A stretch of DNA of 57,554 nucleotides, the filler included, from Sphacelaria rigidula (taxonomy: Eukaryota): assembly GCA_964200075.2 (NCBI GenBank). It is 8 parts of 8 records of this genome, joined end to end, with 100 filler letters (N's around TTAATTAATTAA, not from the genome) between each part and the next. Parts side by side here need not be neighbours in the genome. Positions count along the whole stretch, not along the records: positions 7,209 to 14,315 come from CAXNAA020016448.1; positions 14,416 to 21,522 come from CAXNAA020016449.1; positions 21,623 to 28,729 come from CAXNAA020016450.1; 5 more parts are not named here. One strand, written 5' to 3'. The translations under genes were made by a program, and so were the position numbers. Positions within the stretch are counted from its first letter, which is position 1. Every line of letters starts with the position of its first letter. Shown here piece by piece: positions 12,247-23,299 of the stretch. Under the pieces are notes generated by a model. The model saw only the letters and a list, made by a program, of their open reading frames with translations, was not told the origin of the DNA and searched no databases.

Positions 12247-13685
12247 CTGTCCTTTGAACTTTAGCTATGCGTCAGCTGATTGCTAGAGGGGACAGTTGGT
12301 TAGTGCGGTTTTGAGTTGAACCGCGGCCTTAGCACCCCTTGGTGCCCCGCTCGTATCCGATCGAGTCCCACATTTTTGCGCGCTGCTGATCTAACTGAGT
12401 TGGGTGCGTCTGGAACACTGCCCCTACGTTTTGGTGTAGAGCCGTGGTGCGACCCTCTAGCTGTCTTGCCGTTCAGTGCCTTTTTCTCGGTAGATTTCTC
12501 CTGTTTTTGGCCCCAGACCAAAAGCTTCCTGTGTTTTAAGCAAGCCGAGAAATGTATGGGAGTGACCACAGAGTTGAGTTCTATAACGGCTCGTGGGCGT
12601 TTAGCTTAATGCGCTCTCGCTAGCCTGTAGTGGTGAGTGAACAAACCCTCTTTCTTCTGTAGAGGGCTCCACTTTTTAAGGAGAGTCGATAAAATTATGC
12701 AGGGATTGTAACAGCAGGCTGGATTTTCTTTTCATCTCTGTTGTCGATTTCTCCAAATGAACTCAATGCGTGTGTTAATTTCTCGGTTTTGCTGTGGATC
12801 CTCGGAGGAGTCGTGATGAATCTCGTGTGGCCGTTGGGTTGAGCTGTACATGGGGTCGGAGATGTTTGTTGCCTTCGGCTCGTTTTTTCCTCAGCTTGTT
12901 ACTGGCTTAATACATTGACATCATCTTCGAGTCATGAGTTACTCTGAGGTTCAGTTATTTTGCGGCAGGCACCATTTTACCCTGCGCGCGTCCGGAGCAG
13001 GGTTCGTTTTATAACCCAACGATTTCCAAGCAAGGGGTTGGAGCTGATGTGCGCTGACGCTGTGTTGCACCCTGTCGTGACGGGCAAACAAAGATCAAGG
13101 AGGATACCAGCCCCTTACTTTCCCAAAAGGGCGCGCAGTAATCGCTCTGTAACTCTTCGTGGGAAAGTCTCGATAATCGCATTTCAGTGAAAGTACGAGC
13201 CGGGCCAGCTTGGAGCACTTTCTGGCGCTGGACCAGCTTCGTACGGCCCGGTCAAGGGTCAGATGCTGGAATTTATCACGTGAATTGAAGCATGAGCAAA
13301 TCTTCGTGACCAAAAAGCACATCCGAGCGAACTTAGTTAAGACTCTCATAAAATGGGAATGTCGTGACTAAAAAATATGTCTGAAATTTTGGCCAAGTCG
13401 ATTATATGTTATGTCTCGACGTGTGAAACGTACGTGTAGGAGAGAAAACATTACTGTGATGATAAAATTGTACGAAGTATAACTTTGCGCGACTCGAGCC
13501 CTGTTTAAATGCCATCCTCAATCCTGTGAAGAAGTGTTGGAGGAAATCATGGCAGCGGTGATTGCCTTGGTATGAGAGTGATGGGAGAGCGTTCACAAGG
13601 ACGGGAGACTTGTACGCATGAACACGCCGAGATCGCATGAACGATACTACTCCCCTTTTCACGAAAACACTATCAATACTGGTCA

Positions 13686-13920
13686 GTCGCCATGGTGGCT
13701 CAGTTGTTAGTAACCTGGAAACCTTCTGACGGTTGGGTGTGGATTCGAATGTGGAAGTCACACGATATGAGCTTATTTCTACACCACGCCTAACAGTCGA
13801 GAGAGACCCATGTCGTGGGTACAGTAATTAAAATTCGATTTCACGGTGGAAGGCGGATGAGAGAAAAGTCACCGCTGAACCCCTCTCGCGACAAGATAAG
13901 CCAAGCACCATACAAGGGAG
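13686..13920 (+). mobile_element. tRNA-derived SINE, diverged copy
   Basis: A-box tggctcagttg, B-box-like gattcgaat; body similar to 13996-14180. Confidence 0.7.
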
Positions 13921-13995
13921 GTCTTGGCCTTCCCGTGTGATGTCGGCAGATGCGCCTCCGTTCACCGAAAGGTGTTGACTAGCGTCCACAAAACC

Positions 13996-14180
13996 GGTCG
14001 CCCCGGTTGCTCAGTTGGTAACCTCAAAACCTTCTGACGGTTGGGTCGTGGGTTCAATTCTCGGAGCGATCTGGGGTTTTTTCCACACCATGCCCAACAG
14101 TGGAGAGCGACCATGTAGTGGATACACAAAATTCGACACAACGGTCGACGAGGGAAAGGGACTGCTAATTCCCTCTCGCA
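13996..14180 (+). mobile_element. tRNA-derived SINE
   Basis: ggtcgccccggttgctcagttggtaacc...gggttcaattctc (A and B boxes) plus body ccacaccatgcccaacagtggagagcgacc...gacgagggaaagggact. Close copy on minus at 41380-41603. Confidence 0.8.
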
Positions 14181-15346
14181 TTTTTTTTCCCTCACATTTT
14201 CAACCCCTCCCCTTCCTCGGGATGAGTCCGTGCTCTGAAGGGATCAACCCACCTCTCCCCGGGTACGTGCCTTTCATTTTCGTCTCGCGGATTGGGTCAG
14301 CACTCCCGCACCGCGNNNNNNNNNNNNNNNNNNNNNNNNNNNNNNNNNNNNNNNNNNNNTTAATTAATTAANNNNNNNNNNNNNNNNNNNNNNNNNNNNN
14401 NNNNNNNNNNNNNNNCCCCCCCCCCCCCCCCCCCGGGGGGGGGACAGCGCTTCACGCTTATTAAAATTGCGAGCCTGATTCGGCGAAAACCCGGCGTGCT
14501 CCGTCCCGGCTTCGTAGGGGTGCCAGGTCAGTGATCTTGTAACCACGGCATGCAAAATCATGAGTAGAGCCCTCGCAAAACTTCCATTCGCGTATGTTGC
14601 GATTTTTTGTGTTTCATGCCCCTGTCTCGGAGTCCATATCCGCGCAGTTCACAATCCCTCGACAATCTGCGACTTTGGAGTCGGCTCTCTTATGTATTGT
14701 ACAAACAAAAACTTACTACAGTAGCACATCAGATCTTGGAGCTGCTGTTGTTGGTGATACGGGTTAAGCTTTCGTATCCTTTTCGCAAGTTCTAGAGGAA
14801 TAGTGGGCGTTTCTTCAATTACAGGCGACTCCACTGGGGCATGTCGGGCTATTTGCCATGTCACAGAGTGATACAGTGCAAAGCCCCTCGTGCGGTCGCC
14901 CATCACACGCATGGTGTAGCACATGCTGCCCGCGTGGGTTGGGCCACGATTCTGCCACCTGGCATGAGTGTTTGAGGGCCTTGTTCTGGCTCCCCGGCAC
15001 GGATTACGATCACGTTGGTGTAGAATAGAGAGGAAATTGACTACTTCCTGGCGAGCAGAGACGACGTTCCATTTTCTTATGGCTTTGTAGATTGTGTGGG
15101 GTGACGGACGACTCACAGCACGAACCAGCTGCGTATCAAGAACTCTACTTGCAGGCTACTCGTCGACGCCATTTTCATTTGCTGTTTCTTTGTTGGTGTC
15201 GAGGGAAGGGAAAACCTCACAACTTCATTCCTTGGATACGCATTTCACGTGTTTTCATGCCATTGACCCACAAAGTATCGCTTGCGAGAGTCTCCGCTGG
15301 CCAGCCCACAACGAACGTTTTCGTCTGATTCAGGCGTAAGGTAGTG

Positions 15347-15846
15347 CCGGGGCTTAGTTCTCCTCAAGGCTCCTTCTTGGCCGGTCTTTTTTCAGGAAAC
15401 ATGATAACAAATATACTCTATCCATGCAATGGTGAGTGTACATTACTCGCGGTAAGAAAAACCACAGATATCGTACTATTACCGGAGGAAAAGAGGGCAA
15501 GCGCGGCACTGGTTACAGAGGCAGCAATCCTGGGGTGAACACCCGGGTCCGATGACTGGCTGACCAGACCCTCTATCTCAATGGTACCCGTGTTATCCCC
15601 ACAAAACTCAATTCTGGGCACTGCCGGCTATTAAGCCATCGGATATGGGAGAGTTTGCCCAAGGGTTTCTGCCTCTGTAGTCAGCGCCCCTTTTGCCCAG
15701 TTGTCCTCCGGAACAAGTTGGATATCGGTGCTTCTCCTTCCCGAGAGTATTGCATGCTCGCCGTCGCTTTGGTCGAGCCCTTTTGTATCATTTTTCCTGA
15801 AAGATCGACTGACCAAGCAGAAGTCATGAGGAGAATCGAACCCTGG
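15347..15846 (+). ncRNA. Long imperfect intronic hairpin (~500 nt), candidate pre-miRNA/siRNA foldback upstream of the first visible ALG2 exon (presumed intron)
   Basis: 15347-15555 aligns almost without gaps to the reverse complement of 15635-15846, e.g. ttcaggaaacatgata/ttcaggaaaaatgata, ccggagga, tacagaggcag. Confidence 0.5.
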
Positions 15847-16834
15847 GATTAATTTTGTCAAGATCTCAAAAATACCACTGAGCTAAACAGTGAGTGATGA
15901 CTGATAGCTTAGTGGTTATATGTACTGCTAAAGACAGCACAACTCTGGATCGCTCAGCTGGTGGGCTGATTGACCGCGGCTAGTTCCCCATGGTTATCAT
16001 CCCTGCAATCAGCGCTGCCCCGCACAGTCGACATGTGGCAGGATTCTATATCTTCATGTCGCCTGCAAATGTGTACCATATTTTGTTCAGGGGTCCATGT
16101 ATTGTCGTGATTTTGCGCTACACAAGGAAACGGCCAAGATGGCCACATAGAGATTTGAACTCCGGGTTGTACTTTCTGCTCGTAGTTCCAAGGATAAGAC
16201 TTGACCTCATCAAAGCTGGAAACCAAAGCGTTCGTTAAGATGAATGCGATATCCTCCGCTTTACGGTATAGTTGAGGTCCCGGTAGAGTGCGGGTCCTTG
16301 ACGTACGAGGCCTCCACTACTTCCCGACGTGCGGCCTAGGCGGTTTCCCACGACTACGATCCATCTTGAGCATCTGCACCTTGCCAGCATCATGCGGACT
16401 CCCGCCATAGTGCGGTTTTGCCGGGCTGTAATCCATCACACTGTGATGGCACTTCACTGTACGAATGTGGTGATAATTCAAACTATTTTGAAAAATGTAT
16501 CCCCGCGGTTGTGGGAACTGAGTAGCTGAGCTGCACGGCGCTGCTGTATTCGTTTTTTTTTTTTCATGTTGTATTCCGTGTTCGTACATTTTCCGATGAC
16601 CACGTCCAAGGGCAGGGTACGCAATTCTACGATATCGTCATTTTCCTGGACTGTCTGGGCTCGTCTTATGTGCAATAATAATACGCAGCGAGGGAAAACC
16701 GCCCCCGCCCCCGCCCCGCAAAGCACATCGGTATCCTGGTAACTCGTCCTAATGTTGTGAATGGATGTGACTCCGTATAGTACAACTTTGCCCCTCTCAA
16801 ACCAAACACAACTTCATACTCGTCATTTTGGCAG

Positions 16835-16923
16835 GTGTTATTCTACTGTCATTTTCCGGACAAGCTGCTGTGTGTGAGCCGCTCCTCTCTGTTGAGGCGC
16901 TTGTATCGTCTGCCGTTGGACAT
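16835..16923 (+). CDS. ALG2: ALG2 exon (FYCHFPD motif)
   Basis: ttggcag|GTGTTATTCTACTGTCATTTTCCGGAC...TTGGACAT|gtgagt. Confidence 0.9.
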
Positions 16924-19900
16924 GTGAGTGTTTTACGCCACGTTCTTCCCACCGTTTGTATACCATGGATATCGTGCAGTTGGGACCTGAATTTGTGACA
17001 CGTGATTGGCAAGGTACTCGCCGATATATGTCTTGAAGCGCTGGGTTTTTCTTTCTTTCGGTCGAGATGCGACTGGCCAATCGATCTGGCCGTTATCCTG
17101 GTCGGTTGTATGTCGACAAAATAAAACCCCTCGGGGCCTTAAGATATGAGCTGATATCTTGGTGAGTAGCTTGCCAATGGAGTGTCCGAATTTCAGGTCC
17201 GAACTCGAAAAGGTTGACTTCGCGTGGGGGTGTTGGCGGATCCCCCTGCTCTTGCCCGGCCCAACTAGCACAGGAGGTTTTGAGATAAGATATGTAATTT
17301 GTTTTTTGTGTGATGTATGGAAGAAACGTATTGAGCGCCCAAGTGTTGGAAATGTTTTTGTTAGGAGTAGGAACGATGCTCAGTCTCGGAAGGCATGCGT
17401 GGTCAACGGTTAAATCACTAAGGTAAGTACCGAATGAGTACCTCTCCCCCCCCCTGCTTTCCAGGGTTGACGTTGGCTGGCAAAGACTGTAAATAAAACA
17501 CACCACTCACTGCATAAGCTAGACATTCAGGTTTTCATTTCTTGTTGTTCATTTTATTGAGGTAACCGTGATGGTGGTCGGGTTGGATTGGATCGTCTGG
17601 ACGGGACAACCTCAACTCCTCGCAAAGGGGATGGTAGCATTACGCGGTGTTGAAGTCGTGAGACATCCATGAGGCATTGTGTAACCCATGGCTGTCTCTG
17701 GAGTTGGCGATGCCAGAAAATTGAGCAAGTCACGGGAGGCTGTCATCCATACGCGAGATGATTAGGACGCTTCGAGCCGAACAGTCTTGGAAATTACAGC
17801 CCAACCCTCATACGACTCGCCGGACACATCACTGCGCTTCGCGCTTTGTAATGTCTTGGTGGTTGATCGCAAGCCTGGTCCAGCGAATACCCGGCGTGCT
17901 CCGTGTTTGAAGGGATGTAAAATCAACGACCTTGTGCCTACGGCATGCAAGGTCATAAGTACACCCCTCCTCGTCAGGGACAGACGAAATAATTATTTAA
18001 TTTATGAAGCACAGGAGAAATGAATGAATTCCATGGTTATGTTTTATAATTGGGTCTGGGAAAACGAGGACATATCCAAGGAGTGAGGAGAAGAATGGGT
18101 AATTAGTAGTACTAAACCTCTTCAAGGAAGGAGACAAGGCTCACCCAGGGAATCATAGAGGGAGAACGCTACTGAGCATCGCAGGAAAAGCATTATGTAA
18201 GATTCTGAATCATAGAATGGGGACGATGCCATTTTAGGGAAGCAAGAAAAAATCAGCGAGGGGCGAACGGGTTTTAGACCAAACCGTAGCTGCGTAAAAG
18301 ATGTGTACACATGAGGAAAGTTGCGGGGTTGCAACGTACAGAAGGCCTGTGACACAGTATGGTGAAATGGGCTGTGGGAAATAGTGGAAAACTAGGATCA
18401 TAGGAAAGATGTGGAGAATGGTGAAAAAGAGTACATAATGTGCGAAAAGTGCTATGATGGTAGCTGGTGAAAAAAATGTTAGTATGTTGATATTTTACGA
18501 GGAGTTGAACAAGGATGTACGTTGTCACCCACCGAATGCAAGGTATCTATTTATGACATGATTATAGCTGTAGCAGCAGCTAAGCGAAGAGTGAGGGTGG
18601 GGTAAGATGTGGTATCCGGACTGATGCTCGCGGATGACTTCGTGGAGATTTCTAAAACACTGGAAGAATTGCAGACACAAATGGAGAAGTCGCTAGCATA
18701 CACTTGAAAATGGAGAGTGACAGCAAGCGTAAACAGATGCGCGGTACTTGCATTTAACGAAGATAAGAAAAAAACGGTAGAGTTCAAAGGGAAGTGAGGA
18801 GAAGAGGAATTGTCGATCGTAGACCAGTATACCTAGGCCTAGAGATATAAAACTGCTCTTGGGATGCACACATGGATGAAGTAATAGGAAAGGGCAAGGC
18901 GCAAATAGGCAGGATGGACGTGATCCCCTATGAGACTCGCACCTCAATACTAGGGTCGAGAGAAGTGTTCTGATGGGTGCCATCGTACCGAGGTTGGAAT
19001 ATGCAGCATAAGTATGGGGGGGGGAGGGAACACAAAGTTTGTGAAGCAACTGGAAATAGTACAGATGACAGCAGCTGAGAAAATACTTGATTGATTGATT
19101 GATTGATTGATTGATTAAATGTCGCACTTTAACTAAACCCCCAGGAGTCATGATCCAGCCGTGGTCATGATCCACGTTCTAGACGTACCCGAAACAAGAA
19201 CAAAAGTGGGACCCTCGCTCAACAAAAATGAACAAAAAACAAACAGAAGAGGTAGAACAGACCAGCGGAGTAGACTTTGATTGATCGATTGGTTGTCGCA
19301 CTTAAACTGACCGCCCAGGGGCCCAGCCGTGGTCGCATGATAGACCAATGAAATACAAAGGCTTGGGTGCTCAAAAATGACAAGTGGTACAGTGTTGAGA
19401 GCAGAGCTGAGAATGTACCCACTTGGAACAAATAGAGACGTGAGAAAATTGAAAATGACGATATCACATAAGGAACATGCCGAGAGAGAGATTGCCAACC
19501 ATAGTTGATAGGGCTGTGTGGAAGAAAGTGACGAAAGGGCAGCTTGGCATGAGGTGGTACAGCGTGTCGAGAACGTATGGACGGGTATAGGAGGAAACCT
19601 AGACGAGATACAATCCATGGATGAATGTGGGGGTGAGAGGCAAAAGTATGATACGTGAGAGAAATTAGGGGAAAACAAGAAGACGGATAGTAGACGAGTT
19701 AGAGCACCTCATGGTATACGGTGGGTTGGAGAAGGGATAGGGATGAAAACATATCTGCACGACCCAATAGACTGCGCAATAAAGTTGAAACAGCGATCTC
19801 GGTTGGGGAGCCTGGACCTGCCAGATAGAAGCAAGAGACATCCCAGTAGTCGAGTGGGGGCGGACGTACCTGTACAGAATCGCCCCGGTGGCAAAGCAAT

Positions 19901-20560
19901 GGAGAGCAGAAGTCATCAAGTGGCAAAATATGACCTATACAATGAGGAACGGGATGTGCTAGAGGGGGGAAATGCGGAAAGTGAGCAGAGTGGTATGGAA
20001 TCGTTTGGTACATTAGATGGTAGCGAGAAAACCATCGCTATGCTAGGAGACAGATGGTGGCCACAGACGGCGAAGCAGGAAGGGGATAAGACATGTGACA
20101 CATTTTTGTGGAATGTATGAGATAAAGGTAATGATCGCCCAAATGTTGGAGGTGGCTTTATCAGGAATAGGTACGGTGCTCCGTCTCAAAAGGGATGCGT
20201 GGTCAATGGTTGAATGACTAGGGCAAGCAAAAAATGAGCATTTTCCTCCTCCGGCCCTCCCCTCCTTTCCGAAAAATAATAGGGTGGAAGAATTGACGAC
20301 AGGGTGCGCCACGTCCGTGGCCGTCAACAGTAATTTCACGGCGGGAATTTTCCGAGAAGCTTTCCCAAATCTAGCGAGACACTTCTTGCACATTCCAACA
20401 TCGACGTCAACGTCAACGTCAAATTCGACAGCTTCGGTAGCAGGAGACAGTGCCAAGGAAGCCACGCAACAAAAGAGACTTGCTGTACTCTATCCGCCGA
20501 CGAACGTGGCGGCCTACGCGGAGCGAAGCAGCGACGACATGCCACCTGCGGGGAAGATGG
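16835..20560 (+). CDS. ALG2: Alpha-1,3/1,6-mannosyltransferase ALG2 (GT4), partial: two internal exons; 5' and 3' exons not found on this contig
   Basis: Exon 16835-16923 (VLFYCHFPDKLLCVSRSSLLRRLYRLPLD) splices in phase 2 (AT|G = Met) to exon 20283-20560 (VEELTTGCATSVAVNSNFTAGIFREAFPNL...VLYPPTN). FYCHFPD, EExTTG, VNSxFT and VLYP are the ALG2 signature motifs in the expected order. Confidence 0.9.
16978..17205 (+). ncRNA. Imperfect intronic hairpin (~230 nt), candidate pre-miRNA in ALG2 intron
   Basis: gttgggacctgaatttgtgacacgtgattggcaaggtactcgcc pairs with ggtgagtagcttgccaatggagtgtccgaatttcaggtccgaac. Inner-stem differences are mostly G-U on the plus strand. Confidence 0.5.
17505..17970 (+). 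mobile_element. 3' portion of a non-LTR retrotransposon (LINE), decayed
   Basis: Homologous to 35690-35936, 14440-14570 and (minus) 51860-52200; ends in cggcatgcaaggtcataagtacacccc. Confidence 0.65.
17985..20240 (+). mobile_element. LINE reverse transcriptase remnant inside ALG2 intron
   Basis: Frameshifted RT motifs: KISEGRTGFRPNRSC, QGCTLSP, GLMLADDFVEI (~18618-18650), GDRWWPQTAKQEGD. The 3' end gggatgcgtggtcaatgg...gcaagca is also seen at 7085-7108 (minus), 17393, 28830 and 36043. Confidence 0.9.
20283..20560 (+). CDS. ALG2: ALG2 exon (EELTTG...VNSNFT...VLYP)
   Basis: Pyrimidine tract then aatag|G GTG GAA GAA TTG ACG ACA GGG; donor ATGG|gtgaga. Confidence 0.88.
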
Positions 20561-21943
20561 GTGAGAGGCACGAAGGACGCACAGCAGGAGCTTTTCCTTA
20601 CCCTTGTTAGGTTTGTGCAGCAAGTAACGGAGGGACTATTCCATTGCTTCGTGTTGGGTGTGTGTGTGCGAGTGTTGAACCCGAGCATCCCCTCATATCT
20701 CACCATGGCTCATTGGAGAGGGGGGGCGTTCAAGAGGGGAAGATGAATTCCCCCTCCGCCCAAGATATTATGCCTGAGATATCATGCCCAAGTCATCATG
20801 CCTAAGACATCACCGCTCATGCACCCCGCACGGCCAATCTGCCTGTTCGAACCGTTTCGAGAGCAGAGATGAGCTTGTAGCCACGAAGGGCACACTTGTT
20901 GATGTGCTGCAGCTTCCCCGCGAGTCTCGCTCGGTCCTTGCTCCTGAACTGGAGCACGTCGTATCATCGTGGGGGTTCCCAAATGTGGTCATTTGTATTC
21001 AGGTTCCGACGCAGAAACGGTAGGCAGGGCTGGTTGCAGTGTCAAGCCCTATCGCACGTCGGGGGGAGAAACCGTTCTGCCCCCAAGCACAGGTGTAATT
21101 GCTTCGTCCCGACGATCAAGCAAGGGTTGCATGACATGAACCTGTCGCACGAAATAGAACGGTTCAAGGTCGTGTCATGCAACCTCGCGTGCGTCTTCCA
21201 TGGGCACAGTTTCATGGATCCAAAGCGTTTTCGGGGTGTGTGGTGCATACCTGGGGTACGTGGTGATATTGCGAGCACCCGAGTAATTCGTGCCGCCGTA
21301 CAGCTTCGCCTCAAAGTGCATCCTTCGTCGGAGACGTGGTTTCCACTCGCCCCCCACCCCCATCCTCCCACCACACGAGCACTATTGAAAGCACCAGTAA
21401 CGACAATCGCAAAACCATGAGAGGCGCAGTTGATGCTTGTTACCATCTGCATAGATGGCTATACTAGGAGATAGGCGGTGGCCAGAGACGGCGAAACAGG
21501 ACGGAGATAAGATATGTAAAAGNNNNNNNNNNNNNNNNNNNNNNNNNNNNNNNNNNNNNNNNNNNNTTAATTAATTAANNNNNNNNNNNNNNNNNNNNNN
21601 NNNNNNNNNNNNNNNNNNNNNNACGAAGATTTTAATCCTCCGGGTTCTCATCCTCAATGAAAATCTCCATCCTCAACATAGATGATCCGCTGTCATAACG
21701 GCATTTATTCAACACCCCCATATATCGAAATTTAAACTGACAGGCATCCATATTGTATTGTCATACGTATAGCGCATGCCGCCGCGCTAAATCTGTAGTA
21801 TATGGGCCACCACACGTACTTGCACGGATGGTGCCGTCCTGGACGGTATCGTAGAGTCCAGTACAGCAACATGCCGTGCGTATTGTTGTGGAAATATCCC
21901 TGCTACAGTATTTTGTTGTTCTTGTGATTGTTCTTGGTGAGCA

Positions 21944-22280
21944 CGCACACGCGGCCATTTGGCTACCTTCAAACTTCCTCCAGGTGGGTAAACTTTTCGA
22001 GTCTCCAGAGGAATTGAACGCCTCCGGAGGGGTGCACGGCCCTCCAGAGGAGATTTTTTGGTTTCCTCCAGAGGGATTAAACGCCTCCGGAGGCTTATTT
22101 TTGCCTCTGGAGGGCCGCGCATGCCCCCAACATACTCCGGAGGGGTGCGCGGCCCTCCGGGTCGGTAGAGTTTGGTTTCCTCCGGAGGGAATGAAGGCCT
22201 CCGGGGGCTTGTTTTCCCCCTGGAGGGCCGCGCATCCCTCCGGAGGCATTTTGGGGTGTAGCCAAATGGCCGCGTGTGCG
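21944..22280. mobile_element. MITE with 23-bp perfect TIRs and internal CCTCCGGAGG palindrome array
   Basis: cgcacacgcggccatttggctac (21944-21966) and gtagccaaatggccgcgtgtgcg (22258-22280); many cctcc(g/a)gagg motifs inside. Confidence 0.85.
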
Positions 22281-23299
22281 GGACTACGGGTTCTGCAGGA
22301 CTGTCATGTACACACTGGGAAGGGGTTATACAGTTGTCGCACCATTACCACTGCCGAGCTCAGTCGTGTGGACATACACTCGCAGTCAGTGTATGGGATT
22401 AGCAAGGAGCACATCCTGTTGGAAATTCCCTTATTTCCTCAAGTGACATGTGAAATCGGGGGCAAAAGGATGGGTTTTCAACAAACGCTTGTGCCTCTCG
22501 AACATGCAGCCAAGTAAGGTAGAGCGTGTTATATGTAGTCATGACCAGCGAGCACGTACCAACTCAAAACAGCCACAGCACGCAAACAACAGACCGTTTT
22601 GGGAGGGAGTACTCTAACACCATGTTATGTTGAAACGTTTTTCTCTCGGATATATTCGTAGCCAGCATTGTTGGGTAAACACATCTGCCCCCCTGCTGCC
22701 CGTGCACAGTGGTCACAATTCTTTGGACATATGTAACTATCTACTTCACTCGGCTGCATAACGGTGTATAACACCTCCATATATCTTCATCAATACTGAT
22801 AGGCCCCCACAACTTCTTGTGCTCCTCGAACCTCATACACCGATTGCGGTACAGTATGTGGGACTTGCACAGCTCAGGCTTTTCGCCATAAGTTCTGTTT
22901 TCGCCCAACTTCTGGATGAGTCGGCGGGCGACGTGAGGATTTTTTCCGAGCAGCTTCTGCTCTACAATTTCTAGATCAGACAGTGTATGGGATTTGTACA
23001 GCAGAAGTTGTCCGAAGTAAATCTTTTTTTCGCCCAGTGTTGGAAATTCGTCAAGAAGAGGATTTATTTGGAACAGCTTCTTCTGCTGAATAAACTATTC
23101 TACAGATCTTGTGACAAAATAGTTTGACAATTTCAAATAGGGAGTGCCTCCACAGGGTTGTTTACAGTGTGTCGAGAAAAACACTATTCAGAATGCTGGT
23201 AAAGTTACTAGAGTTTGAAATAGCTTTACAGGAGTTCTCACGAAAACTGTGAAGAACCCTGTGCGGCACGTCCTATAGGGTGCTACCTGTCCACGTGCG

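Noticed and set aside
15344-15861. Two similar ORFs on opposite strands (64 aa + and 76 aa -) suggesting duplicated genes
   Set aside because: The similarity simply reflects the inverted repeat. The frames shift relative to each other and there is no splice or family support.
16860-17280. Extension of the 16978-17205 hairpin to pair with the ALG2 exon itself
   Set aside because: Only short gapped matches; cannot be distinguished from chance by eye.
20350-20420. FPNLARHFLHIPTS resembling a hAT dimerisation motif
   Set aside because: It lies in frame between the ALG2 motifs VNSNFT and VLYP, so it is part of the ALG2 exon.
20784-21023. SNRFESRDEL as the next ALG2 exon (SINRFERKK motif)
   Set aside because: Only NRFE matches. 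The flanking residues do not fit and there is no suitable phase-1 acceptor.
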